Notes: generated by a model from the sequence alone, not told the origin. DNA of 64,000 bases from the human T2T-CHM13v2.0 reference genome, Homo sapiens (GCF_009914755.1 NC_060932.1), one strand, 5' to 3'; positions 41,340 to 58,860 are shown, numbered from the stretch's first letter. Numbers and translations: made by a program.

Positions 41340-42990
41340 CAATTCTCTGTCTTTGGCTATGGATAATTAAATTATGATGTGACTAGATGTGGTGCTCTTT
41401 AATTTTATCCTACTTTGGTATGTTTAGCTTCCTAGATGTGTCAATTAATGTTTTTCATCAAATTTAGTTAATTTTTGACTGTTATGTATATTGTGTTCTC
41501 TCTCTTTTCTCCTTCAAGAACTCCTATTATGCATATTTTTGTTGCCTTAATGATGTCTCCTAGATCTCGAAGTCTCTATTCATTTTTGTTTCTCACATCG
41601 TTTTTTCTGCTCTAGATTGGATAATTTCAATTGACTTATCTTTGTTTTGCCAAGTCTTCCATCTACTGCTCAGATCTGCTGGTGAATTTCTGTAATGAGT
41701 TTTGCCACGTTTCAACTCCAGGATTTCTATTTGTTTCCTTTTATAATTTCTATCTATGGATGTACTATACTATTGAAACATCATTCTTCTGGTTTCCTTT
41801 AGCTCCTTGTCCATCAGTACTTTTAGGTCTTTGAACATATTTAAAATAACTGTAGTAAAATATTTTTGTATTGTCTAATGTCTGGGCTTCTTCAGAGAGG
41901 CAGTTTCTATTGAATGCTTTTCTCCTCTGTGTATGGGCCGTATTTCCTTGTTTCCTCATATGTTTTATAATATTATGTTCAGATTTGGACATTTGTAATA
42001 CTATAATGTAGCAACACTAGCAATCACATTCTCTTTTCCCCAGGGTTTGTTGTTGTTATTGTTGTTGTTTTGGTAATTTCTTTGAACTAATTATATAGTT
42101 TATACTTTTGTTATATGTGGCTAGTGATTGGACAGAGATTTTCTTGAACTCCTGAAAACTGTAAGTCTCCCAGTCTTTTCCAAAGGAATCTGTATGCTTG
42201 TTAGGATACAACTTCAATACTCATCATACATTTTACAGCTCTCATAGTCTTCAGCTCCTGTTTAGATGAAGCCACAAAATTAGCCAAAGATGAAAGCTTA
42301 GGGCCTTCTGAGGTCTTTCCTAAGCATGTACATAACCCTGTATGTGTGCTCAGCCCTATAAATGCATGTGGTCTTCTAGTTTTATGTAAACATGTTGGAG
42401 CTTTTCAAAGCCGTTTCTAGATATCTCACCCCCCAGCTTCTCCTTTTAAGTGTTTTTGGTCAGCCTATTTCCACAACTATTACTACTTCAGGAAGCTGAT
42501 ATTAAACAATTACCTCTGATTGTTTTTGACAAATGTCCCTGGAGAAAAGACTCTTCACATTGGCCAAGCTCCAGGTCTGGTCGAATAAAGATGGCATTAT
42601 CTTCCAGAAAACCACTGAACAAGTCAAATGATGTCTATTCTCTTGAAAGTGGATTTTGAAAGAACCCCAAACATATTTTTCTCTGTCCAGTGGCATCCAG
42701 GCTTCTGGTTTTTACAGGAAACATTGGCTTTTGGTTTTAAAGTCTACCATGTTTCAGGGTAGGAGGAGATGGAAACAGGGCAAGTTCAAATGCCAAAAAC
42801 CCATTATTCTTACTGATATTTAGCTTTTTTCTAAATATATGTTTTCCTGACTTCTTCTAGTCTCTGACTAATGTCTGGAGTTCTGAAAAAGTTTATTTTG
42901 ACATTTTTTTTTGCCAGTATTCTCATTTAGTTTATGGAGGAGGTGATTTTTTAGAGGTCTTTATTTAGAATTACATTTCCCTGAATTCAC
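41340..42990 (-). mobile_element. Old L1M 5' region (ORF1 and 5' UTR)
   Basis: Antisense ORF1-like 'tttcatcaaatttag...ctcctattatgcata'; ORF 41765..41992 resembles an L1M ORF1 N-terminus. Confidence 0.7.
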
Positions 42991-44329
42991 ATTTTGCCTC
43001 TACACAGTTGTGTGTTCTTATGTAAAATAGTTAGCTTCACTATCATAGTTTTTCTCATCTACAAAGAGAAATAATAATAACACATGCCTACAAAGCATGC
43101 AAGGTCTGGGAAAAAGTAAAGCCTCAATGTATGCCACCAACTCTGCCACTCATTCCATTTATGGGTAGCTCTGAATTTTCAAAAGCTCTATTAGGCTAAA
43201 ATCAGTTGTCTAGCCACTTCTATCTTTATGGTCTCAATTTGGTTCTCTGGGTCCATAAAAAACACATATCCTCTCTTTTTCATGTAAAAAATGACTCTAA
43301 AGTTAAAAAAAATTTACATTTATGCATTTAGAAATCAAACATCCCAAGTTAGTTTATCCAGCTGTTCTTCATAAAATATTGCATTGCAGCTCTAATTTGT
43401 CCCTCTCTCATACAATATGTGGCAAGCCCATGGTGCAGGAGCATATCAGCAGCAGTGTCATCCTGCCGGTTCTTACTTACTTTGCAGTTGATGAAAATCT
43501 CCAAGTTGTTTTATAAAAGTATCTGTCAAGCTAAGTCTCACCTAACTGTTCCTTGTGAGATTTTATTTTAACCTATAGGCAGAGTTTAATACTTATTTTT
43601 AATGTCATGTAGCTTGTTTCAGTTTGCTAATCTAGTGTGTGAAAATTCTCTTTCACGTGTTGGCTATGTCATCCAACACATTAACAAGTACCTCCACTTT
43701 GTACCTTTAGAAGCCTGAGTAGGTGTCTATGTCTCTTCTCAAAGAGTAGACAAAAATATTGAACATGTGGATGATTATAACAGAGCCTGATGTTTCAGTG
43801 ATCACCCCAACTTCACTTCTATCTCAAACCTTTCCTGCTGACAGAAACCTCATTAAACAACAGTCTTAGTTATTCTTTTTAACCCACCATAATCCTACCT
43901 TAGTATATTCTCGATCATCTCACATTTTTATAGCATGTCCTTCAAGCATAGATATTAAGAACATAGACTCACTTAAAGCCAAAATATTGGTGGTAGAGAG
44001 ATGAACAGGACTGCCACCAGTATCTCTTATTTGGTATCCAAGAGAGGGGGAAAGAGTCCTTAGAGGTACCATGGGCTCTGGAATCAGATAAACTTGAGTT
44101 TGAAACTCAGTTTCCCTATTTCTAAAGGTATAGCTTTGAATTTCCCTCTGTCTTATTTGTACAATGAGGACAATTATGCCTCACTTAGAGACACAGCTAT
44201 AGGGAGAAGACAGAACTATAGTGAGAAGCAAATAGAATTTTTTCCCTGCATCTATCCTGACATTTCCCATCCTCTCTACATTCCCATATTAGTTATCCTC
44301 TAAACTTGCACAATTTTCTCACTTATCTT

Positions 44330-44485
44330 GTTTATTATCTGCCTCTACTCTTCATAGCACGAAAGCTCCACAAGAGTAAGGATTTTTCATTTCCTTATTC
44401 ACTGTATCTCCAATGCTAAAAACAGTCTTAGTTATTTGTTGAGTGAATTGATGAATAAAAGGATGAACAAATACATGAATAATGT
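44330..44485 (+). mobile_element. L2 3' end
   Basis: 'aagctccacaagagtaaggattttt...ttattcactgtatctcca...tatttgttgagtgaattgatgaata'. Confidence 0.7.
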
Positions 44486-44715
44486 ATGTTTAAAGTGCTT
44501 TTACAGAGACTGGTACTTATAAGGCACTCAATAAATTCCAGCACCCCTATTCATCCCACAGCCAGGGATGAAGACAAAAGACAGAGGAACATTTTGAGAT
44601 AAGTTAGGTTTTTGTTGTCTCTGGCTTTTGACTAAGATTCCAGGCTCAGTCCTTAAGGTCCACACCTCCCTTTGTTGTAAGAGACTCACTGGAATGGTTG
44701 GTAAACAAAGAATTA

Positions 44716-45111
44716 TGTATTAGTCCGTTTTCATACTTCTATAAAGAACTGCCTGAGACTAAGTGATTTATGAAGGAAAGAGTTTAATTGGCTCACAGTT
44801 CAGCATGTCTGAGGACACCTCAGGAGACTTACAATCATGGCAGAAGGTGAAGGGGAAGCAAGGTACCTTCTTCACAAGGCAGCAGGAAGCTAAGGAGGAA
44901 GAGCTAAGGAGGAAGAGCCCATTATAAAACCATCAGATCTCAAGAGAACTCACTCATGTTGCATGACAAAACTGTAAGCTCACAAGAACAACATGGGGGA
45001 ACTACCCATGATCCAATTACCTCCACCTGTTCTCTCCCTTGACATATGGGGATTATGGGGGTTGCATTTCAAGATGAAATTTGGGTAGGGACACAAAGCA
45101 CAACCATATCA
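44716..45111 (-). mobile_element. THE1D/MST-like solo LTR
   Basis: tgtattagtccgttttca ... aaccatatca; TSD aatta/aataa. Confidence 0.9.
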
Positions 45112-45594
45112 AATAAGAACATATAAAATAATGTCATATAAAGTAGGTAACTAAATCCAAGTTGTTTCATTAATGTGTCTATGTCTGAAATGAGGACTAG
45201 ATATCATCAAATACTGTGATCAGAATGACCTTTTATAGATATTAGGGAAAGAACACTATGACACCCATAGTCTAATGATGACTGAATATTTGTTCACAAA
45301 TTCATTAAACAAACCTTTATTGAGCATCTATAAGGTTACAGTTGCTGAAGATGCAATTATAAACAAAGAAAGACATAGTTCTTCATCTCAAAATACTCAG
45401 TGTCTCACTGGGTAAAGAGAATTTAAAAAAATTACACAAATTATTTGTGAACTACGGTAATGAAAAATGTAAGGAAGGAAACTAGAGTAGACAATAGAAA
45501 TGTATAACAAGGGACTTAACCAAGTCTGTTGAGTCAAGGAAGGTTGATATTAAGAATCACATTCTCTTTGTTCATGTGGATTATTAATCTAAGG

Positions 45595-45803
45595 CAGGTG
45601 TCAGAAAATCTTGTTCTATAGAACAAATCCAATCTTGATTTTATAAATGAAATTGTTTAAAATACAGCCACTCTCCTTAATTTATATATTATCTATGGCT
45701 GCTTTTATGTTACAAGGCTTAGCAGCTGTGATACAAACTATAGTCCCATAAGCCTAAACTATTTACTCTTTTTCTCTGTAGAGAAAAAGTTTGCCAACAC
45801 TTG
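45595..45803. mobile_element. MER58-type hAT DNA element
   Basis: 'acagccactctcc...tattatctatggctgctttt...agcctaaactatttactct...gaaaaagtttgccaac'. Confidence 0.75.
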
Positions 45804-46073
45804 ATCTAAAGAAATAGAAATTAGAGATATATTTGGAACTATAAACTACCTTGGAGACATTATTAAAATAACAATGGCAAAAATAACTTACATATATTTT
45901 TTAATAGTTTATAATGCAATTTCAACTGCATTATTCTATTTAATCTTCACAACAAAACTGTGTGGATGATATTTTCATCTATTTTTGATGGGTAAGGAAA
46001 GGAGCTTTCCTTCAGTTCACACAGCTCAGTGGCATCAAAACTCAAATCCAGCATTTGTCTTTCACTCCAATAA

Positions 46074-46322
46074 CAGAGTTTGCAAACACATGGTCTGCAG
46101 GCTATTTCCCACCTGTGGACATGTTTTCTTTGCCCAAATGATGTTGTATGACAAAACTGTAAGCTAACATTTTTTAATTATAGAAATTTCATATTAAAGT
46201 CATATTTTGAGATTTTTCTTGGACAAGTGGAAATTATAATCTTTTGCGATCTGAATTTCTACTTGACAATTACTATGAGCAGAGCCCCCTAAAATCATGA
46301 CATTTACTCTTCAGTGTCCTTC
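46074..46322. mobile_element. MER102-like hAT DNA element
   Basis: 'cagagtttgcaaac...gacatgttttctttgccc...gctaacatttttta...gaaatttcatat'. Confidence 0.55.
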
Positions 46323-47193
46323 TGTGGTTGTTTGCTTGCACAGTGTTATAATTTTTCTTTGTTGCCACCCAAATCTCATCTTAAATTGTAGCTCCCATAA
46401 TTCCTGTGTGTTGTGGTAGAGACCTGGTGGGAGATAATTGAATTGTGGGGGGCAGTTTCTCCCATACTATTCTGGCAGAAGTGAATAAATCTCACGAGAC
46501 TTGATGGTTTTATAAGGGAAACCACTTTCACCTGGCTCTCTTTCACTCTTTACCTGCCACCATGTAAGATGTGCCTTTCACCTTCTGCCATAATTGTGAG
46601 GCCTCCCCAGCCATGTGGAACTGTGAGTCCATTAAGCCTCTTTTCCTTCATAAATTACCCAGTTTTGGGTAAGTCTTTATCAGCAGTGTGAAAATGAACT
46701 AATACAGTGTCCATAATTTTCCCCTTCCTGTGCCCATTCCACTTTGCAATGTGACTGTAGCACTTCTCATCAAGAGGTTAGACCTATTTATCCATCCTTT
46801 TTCTCTACGCTGGTCTTTTGATTTAGTTTGATCAATAAAATGTGGCAGAAGTGATGTTAAAACAGGTCTGAATATAGCCTCAAGAGGCCTTATACACTTC
46901 CAGACAAAGTAACTTGGAAATTTATTCAGTCTCCATTTGAACAATAGGCTTGCCTGTTGGAAGCTGAGAGAGCATATGGACCAGAGACAAGCCATTCCAT
47001 GTGAAATCATCAGTCTTTACCCAGCCAACCATCAACTGGCAGCAGATCTGAGAATGAGATAGGCCAAATGCAGCGCTGCCCAGCTGAGACCAACTTAAAT
47101 TATTGAGCCAAAGGGTCATAAGCCAAATTAATGGTCATTTTAAATCTCTATGTTTGGAAACGCATTGTTGCATAGGAACAGCCAATACGATAC
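46323..47193 (+). mobile_element. MLT1 LTR interrupted near its 5' end by THE1
   Basis: 'ctttgcaatgtgactgtagcacttctcatcaagagg'; end 'ttgttgcataggaacagccaatacgatac'. Confidence 0.65.
46344..46706 (+). mobile_element. THE1A/B solo LTR
   Basis: 'cacccaaatctcatcttaaattgtagctcccataattcc...gaactaataca'. Confidence 0.88.
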
Positions 47194-49281
47194 CCCAATT
47201 TATTGTCTCCCTTCACTGAATTTAATTGTAGAATTCTGTTTATCATTATATTTACATTATTTTCTTGGAGTACAAAACTTTTTAATGTCCTAAGTCTACC
47301 AAAAGTCAGAGAAAATTTAACTAAAAGGAACATGAAATTTTTCATATTTCTAGGCTTCTTTACATAATTGTTTGCCTGCTTGTCCTCTGTTAGCATGTCA
47401 GTCTTCAGCTCTGTTAATACCCACAATTAACATACAGCAGATCTATTTTGCTGCAGGTTTTTAAGACTTGTAACTCTGATCTAGAATGCCCATATGGTTT
47501 GGGTGTCTGCTCCTACCTTTCAAACATTTGAGGAATTAATTTTGCTTAGAACTAAGGAGGAAAAATTCAATGCTACATTGTTCCATTCATCTGCACAAAT
47601 TTTCCTTTCTTCTTTCTTTCCTCTTTTTCTGTTCTTCTTCCTTTTCTCTAGTGGGAGCAACCAACCCCAAGACTGCTAAGAATACTTCAGTTCAAGATAT
47701 TGCTGCAAAAAGTGAGGTTGTTTCCTTATCTCTACATTGCAGGTGCTGAACACATCTTTGTTCTTCTAAGAGCTTCATAAAAGTAACTTTCTCTGGTCAG
47801 CCAGAAAACTTCAAAAACAATAATTTAAAACATGTTCAAATTCGATTTCATCCTCTGTAATGTGGGTGGCTGGGGGAAAGTGGAAAGTGGTCTCTGACTA
47901 TTGGATTTTCCATGTTTGGAGTTAAGGTCATACAGCTTTGTGGAGAGCCATTAAAAAAAGTTTGGGAGCCTTCTCCCAAACTCTCCACCAAACTTTAGTG
48001 AACAAACTGGACTGTAATAAATAGAAAAAAAGAAAGAAAAAGAAAAAAATAGATAGGAAACAGAAAATGATGAGCTCTTTTGGGAGCAATCAGTGATTGT
48101 TCCCTAATTAAAACATTCAAGAGATGCAATTTAATCTGATTTTAATTTTTAAAGAAAAGGTTTTATAAGTTATTAAACATTACTTTAGTCCACACTCTCT
48201 ACAACTGAAATATAGGTAAATTTTAGTTTGGGAAAGTTTGGGGAAAGTACACATAATTTTCTTTTTAACTGGGACATATACATTTATCATCATGAATTAT
48301 GCACACATACACACACACACTGTGTGTGTGTATGTGTGTGTTGTGTGTGTGTGGAGAGAAAGAAAAAAAGAGAGAGAGAGACTCATGTTACTTAGTAACA
48401 TGAGTTTTGTGATATTCAGGTCACCATATTGCTGTTTTCCAAGGCTATATATTTTTTCAAGGTAGGCTGAAATTTTTAGAAAAAGCAGAAGCAGGAAAGC
48501 ATTAAAAGGTCTGCAGCTCATCACAAAAGGAATGCTACAGGAAGAAGTGGGTGCCCACTCTGCTTGCTCTTCTTACCTGGTTACCTCACTACAGATGATC
48601 TCTAGGGTGGTGACATGTGTGGTCATCTTGGGCAGTCTTTACCTTCTCCCAGGTTTTCTTCATCACAGAAGACACCCTGTGGCCATGGTTAAGCCCACTA
48701 CCCCTCACAGAGCAGAGTCCATTTTCAGGCTGACCTCAAGAAGGTAGAGGTGGATAGATTTGAAGATGGATTCAATTGCTATTCTTCCTTTGGCCGGAAA
48801 AGCCATAAAGCATGGCTGATTTATGGTATGGTTAAGGGTATAATATGTGAGGTCAGGGTACCTTGGCTGGAATGTTGCCCCCCCATTACCCCTTAAGTGA
48901 TCTTTGCACTCTGAGCCTCAGTTACCTTATCTGTAAAATGAAAATAATAACCAGTAGTGAAAACTAAGTTTTCAAAATATGTGTATGAACTTCTATCCCT
49001 GCCTGCTATATAGTAAGTTCTCATGAAATGTTAGTAATGTTTTTGTCATTATCATTATTATAATCAAAGAAACATTCTATTAACAACTCAGGATCCTTCT
49101 GGCATTTTTGGGGTCATGGGTTGCCTTACACATCTCACCACAATGTCATTTCCTCATGTTCCAAGCCTCCATCATTCCCACTCATGTAAGCATCTCCTTG
49201 GCTACCTTCATCATACATGTAGCATATGTGAATGCTTCTATCTCCAAGCCAGATGCCTCACATGTGAAACCACTTTAGTCT

Positions 49282-49676
49282 TGTTATAAACTGAGTTGTT
49301 TCTCCCTCAAACTCCAATTCATATGTTGATGCCGTAACCCCCAATGTGACTGTGTTTAGAGATAGGGCCTTTAAAGAAGTAATTAAGGTTAAATGAAGTC
49401 ATTAGAGTGGGCCCTAATCCAATACAACTAAAGTCTTTATAAGAAGAGGAAGAGAAACCAGGGATGCACACGCACATGGAACAGAACCATGTGAGGACAC
49501 AGCTAGAAGGTGACCATTGGCAAGCCAAGGAGAGAGGCCTCAAGAGCAACCAACCACCTGACACAGCCCCTTGATTTGAGACTTCCAGGCTCCAGAACTG
49601 TAAGAAAATAAATTTCTGTTGCTTGAGACACCCTGTTTGTGGCATTTTGTTATAGAAGCCCTAGAAGACTAATATA
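49282..49676 (+). mobile_element. MLT1A0-like solo LTR
   Basis: 'ccccaatgtgactgtgtttagagatagggcctttaaagaagtaattaaggttaaatga...ccagaactgtaagaaaataaatttctgttg...gactaatata'. Confidence 0.88.
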
Positions 49677-50045
49677 GGTCCCATCTCAGTAGGGATATAA
49701 AAATAAAATTGTCTTTCTTTTCAATCACTGCCTTCAACTCTGCTTTATCAAATCTCTCTTTTTCATCCTTAATTATATCTTGGTTAGATTCCAGAAAATT
49801 TCCCATCGCTTTCAGTTAATAACTTTCCATTTCATTCTGAAGCTTCAATCACAAACTTGAGTTAAATCTCTTTGTCCCACTTCCCCTTACTTCGTGGATC
49901 AAGAGACCTGAGGTAGGCAGTGGCAAGTTGCCACCTGAACTGACTTTTATTTCAGTCCTTCATCCCAAGCACCTTGAGAAGGAGGGCCTGGTCAGATTCT
50001 GGGAGAGTCATCTTCCTCCCTGTTTAATATCTACTCCTATAAATA

Positions 50046-50703
50046 TGTTACCAGTGGAAGGTAGCCAACCAGTGGTGAATCCATATGGATCTGCAGGAAC
50101 TTCAGTTCTTGCCTTCTTAGAAGAAAGAATTTGATTGAAGGGCATAAGGCAGAAAAAGAGACCGAGGCAAGCTTCAGAACAGGAGTGGAAGTTTATTTAG
50201 AAAGGCTTCAGAACAGGAAATTAAGAAAGTTCACCTGAAAGAGACCCAAGTGGGCACCTGAAGGTCAAGTACAGTGTTTAACCTTGATCCTAGGAGTTTA
50301 TAGGCTGACCTCTTTCCCATGATTCCTCCTTTAGGGTGGGCTGCCTGCATGCACAGTGCCCTCCTTACCCTTGGGAGGTGAGCATCTGCAGTGAGTTTAG
50401 GAAGTTGTATGCGTGCTCATCTGAGGCTTTCCTCCCTTTTCTTGTGGTGTGCCCCCGGAAGGTCATGCTCCACAATTTTGTCTCTTAATGCACATGCCCA
50501 GGAAGTTGCTTCTCACTGCATTCAATTAACACTTTAGGGCAACAGGTGTGAACCATCATGAATAATCTCTCCCTGATTCTGGCTACCAATTTATTACTTT
50601 TAGAGAGGCAATGTGATAATTGCTGAACCATCACCCAACATTCCTAGTGGATGGGGGAGAGCCCTCTCCTACCCCATTTATGCTTGTCTAACTACCTGTA
50701 ATA
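50046..50703 (-). mobile_element. MER50-like ERV1 solo LTR
   Basis: Reverse complement begins 'tattacaggtagttagacaagcat...ggagagggctctcccc'; 'gggcataaggcagaaaaagagaccgaggcaag' is typical of the MER4 group. Confidence 0.75.
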
Positions 50704-51691
50704 GATCTACAGAAGGAGCTGGAGGAGAAGGAGGAAGTGGGGAGGAAGAGGAGAATTAGGGTAATGAAGGTAACCTTTACCTTGGAGAACATCCCAGCTG
50801 TCAGTGATGGCCAGCATCTCTGCCTATTCTTCTCACCTAGTTACCTCACTACAGACGACCTCTAGCTTGGTGACATGTGTGATTTTCTTGGGCATCTTTA
50901 CCTTCTCCCAGCTTCCTTCATCATGAAAGACATCCTTAGAGAGAGGCAGTCACGCCTCACCTTACTCATGAGCTAATATGGTCAATACCACCAGTCTCTT
51001 CTCTTGGATATGGACTAGACAAACTCACAGATCCTGCCACTCCCTTAAAATTCCTTGTTTCTTTAAATGGAGTGATAAAAATATCTCAGGTTTTCTTATG
51101 CACTTGTAAAATGAGTCAGAAAAGGCCATTGGCAATGTCCTCTTTCCAGGCACATTATAACACTGTCTCCTCTCACTATAGTTTTGGCAAAACTCTAGAA
51201 ACCTTCCACTGGGATGGGTGCAATTTAGAGTGGAGATCACTTGTAGCTAGATTTGTTTTCCATCTCATAAGCTCATTTGCTGACAGCATTTTTTAGGATG
51301 TGGAATAATAGTGGTGCGTTTTCTTTTAACTGGAGGTCACAGTTCACAATACTCATGGCAACAGAAAAAGCACAAATCAATGTCTAATTACATGCATATT
51401 TGTGTCACTTAATTCTCTAGGTAACAGTATAAGATAGGAACCATAAATATAGACAGGAAAATAAAGGGCTGTGATGAGCCCAGGTCTGCCTGATGGTACA
51501 GCTCGTACTTGTATTCTCTAAGCCATGTTTTCACTGTACTATATTATCAACCCAAATATGGGAGGCCTTTATTCTTTATCTTCATCTTCCCTGGTTTCTA
51601 ACTCTTTCATTTCCCCTTCAACTACCATTTTGTCTCTTGACTTTCATCCGCCTTCAGCCACTTTCTAATCACTCCCCAAATATTTTCTTTA

Positions 51692-54338
<2,647 letters not shown>

Positions 54339-54401
54339 TATGATGTTAGCTGGTTATTTTGCTCATTAGTGGATGCAGTTTCTTCCTAGCCTCGAAGGTC
54401 T

Positions 54402-55793
<1,392 letters not shown>

Positions 55794-56809
55794 ACAATGA
55801 GAACACATGGACACAGGCAGGGGAATATCACACTCTGGGGACTGTTGTGGGGTAGGGGGAGAGGGGAGGGATAGCATTAGGAGATATACCTAATGCTAAA
55901 TGATGAGTTAATGGGTGCAGCACACCAGCATGGCACATGTATACATATGTAACTAACCTGCACATTGTGCACATGTACCCTAAAACTTAAAGTATAATAA
56001 TAATAAAATAAAAAAAAGATTTCCCGAAAACTTATATTATTTGACATGTTTTACAATTTCTACATCTGTATAAACTTTATTACTCTTAAAACTCTTCTGA
56101 GTTCCTCCCTTGAAGAGCATATGTGCTGCACCATGTTGAACCAAGGAGTGAGAGAAGACTCACTTTGTCAATGAATATAAACAGAATTGATATCTGAGCC
56201 TTTAAGAGCCAACTCATGTTTTCAAATGTTTCTCTCTCATCCCCATAGACTGTTAGTGTTCCAGAAAGGAATGTTTAATTGGCCTGTGTGTTGGAAGAAA
56301 GAAGATAAAGAGCAAAGCTGTAAGTGACCCACAAGGACATAGGAGAAGAGTTAACCTTTGTTGCTATAAGTCACTGTGGCCTTTGGAGTGGCTTATCACT
56401 CCAACACAATTTAGCCAATCCTAATCGATATTCTATCCCTTTATCTTTCTGCCTATTTCTTATTTTCTTTGTCTTATCTCCTCTTCTCTTCATTCAACTT
56501 CTTCAAACTAATCTTTTCAGATCTTGCCAAATATTTTTCTCTTACCAAATCCTATAAGCTATCTGATATCTTCTCTTTCCTACTATCTTTTTTATTCTTT
56601 CTTCAACTGATTTTATCCTATCTATCCACTATCCAATTGGAGTGAAAGGAAAATAGAGGAAGGGTATAGCCAAGATGTCTTTTAAGAAATCATTGCAGAT
56701 AGGGACCAAGAAGGCACAATTCAAAAAAAAGATGAAAGGGAAACTGGATGTTCATCTACTGATCACCAAAGCCTTATAATTCAGGGCAGGATAGTAAATG
56801 TTTCATTTT

Positions 56810-57170
56810 TAAATGAATGCTTAGTATGTGCTAGGTACCTTGGTGAAAACTGGTTATAGAAATAAACAAAACATACTTTTGACTACCCAAAAGCAGACAT
56901 TGACGGGGAAAATAGGTATAATTAGTATTTAATCTAAGTACTATAATATATTAGACACTGAAATATGATAACATTTGTCACACTAAATCTCTTAACCAAC
57001 ACCCTGTGCCACCTTCCTGAGCAGGTGCCATAAGAGAATAAATGAAGTCAAGGAAGGCTTGCACGAACAATGACTGCCTAATTTGAGAACTGGGGGGAAA
57101 ATGAGAGATTGGGTGAAATATTATTCCAGGCAAGGATACTCACCTGGACAAAATGCTCATAGGCAAGGGA
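56810..57170 (-). mobile_element. L2 fragment
   Basis: 'aaatgaatgcttagtatgtgctaggtacc...gaagtcaaggaaggctt...tattccaggcaagg'. Confidence 0.55.
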
Positions 57171-58698
57171 AATAACTTAACAGTTTTCTGTGGTGTTTTG
57201 CAATCTTCAAAGAAAGGAAATGAACAAAAGTCCCAGATCTTAGGAAGTTATCAGAAGAGGCATAATGCAAGCACCCGAAAAGGAATAAAATCATTGACCA
57301 AGAATGAGGACAAAACATTTCACATGTTTTTAGTTCACTGTCAACAAAGAAACAGTAACAGATACACCAAACATGTCATTTACACTTTTAGGATCAGAAG
57401 TTTGAGTATACAGCCTGCAAAGATATTTAGCTTGTCTCACACCATGCTTCAAAAACCGAATCATATTAGTTGCCAACACTAAAAAAGTGAAAGATGTTGT
57501 ACTGAAAAAAATTAGATTTCTGGCTTCCCTTTCAACAGTCCAATATCTCCCTTCGGCTAAATACTGGTTGTCCCATAAGATGGGTCATAACTCTCCAGTT
57601 AACCACTGTTCCACTACCTTCTTTAGTTACTATAATTTTCTTGCACCTTGCCTGCTTCACTCATTTAATTTCTTGGTCCTGCATGTATTTAGTATTAAAA
57701 CCCCTAATAAAGATTATCAACTCATTGATTTTTCAATTATATAAAAACAAAGCAAAACAAAATTTCAACATGTATGCCACTGGAATAACACTGCGTGAAG
57801 TAACAACTTCACTTCATACATGTGTGTAACTAGTAAATATCTGCCAACTCTCCATGCCAATATTGTAGGTATCAAGCTTTCTGTTGTATGGTGCTATTAA
57901 CTCTGCCTGGAATATGAGCAAGTACAAGCCAAAAAATACTATCTGAGAGCTCCTGGATTTCAAAATGACTTGTTAAGCCTCACTGAGTGTAAAGATGGAT
58001 CACAATGATATGCCGCTGGGAGAATACTGTTCTCCACTTGTGGATGGTCAGATAAAATTCAGAAATTGTTGCTCTGATCACTGAATAAAAACATTGCCAT
58101 CATGCACTTTCCAGCAAATGTACCTTGACTTGTTAATTGCTCAGCCGTTCATTATGAATAATTGAAGACTTGAATACATGCTTACTGTGTAATCCAATTC
58201 TACAATTACCTTTCAGGATAATGTTAACAAGGACACTTCTCATGAGAAAACACATTAATGCACTACTCTGTGTTAAAAATAAAAGCACAGGTTCCTGTAA
58301 GTGGAAAGAAGAAAGCTGTATTGGATCCAGAGAATATACCAAAATAATTTTAACAGGGAGTATGACAGGGATAGATAGAAGGGAAGAAAAATATTTATTG
58401 TGAGCACACTATATGCCACAGATTATGTTGAATGTTCCACATAAATTTATTTTCTATAAACTGTCAATTAAGCATTATTCGTAGGTTAGAAAGAAAGGAC
58501 TCAGGCTTGGGGTGGGGATTAATTAATCAAAGTAATTGAACTAAGTTTCTATGGCATGTTAGCAATAAATACCTAAATAAATAGAGGGAAAAATAAACAA
58601 TAAATACCTAAATAAATAGAGGTCTATTCTGTACTTAGGAATAAAGGTAGGAACAGTGGAAATTTTATGAAGAAGAAGGCAGTGGCTGGAAAAATCTT

Positions 58699-58860
58699 TG
58701 TGTGTGTGTATGTGTGTGTGTGTTTGTGTATATATATATATATGTATATATATATATGTGTATATATATATGTATATATATATGTGTATATATATATGTG
58801 TATATATATATGTGTATATATATATGTATATATATATATGTGTATATATATGTGTATATA

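Noticed and set aside
48558-50936. C/D-box snoRNA pair (RTGATGA on the - strand in both duplicate copies)
   Set aside because: No conserved CTGA D box at the expected distance; terminal stem unconvincing
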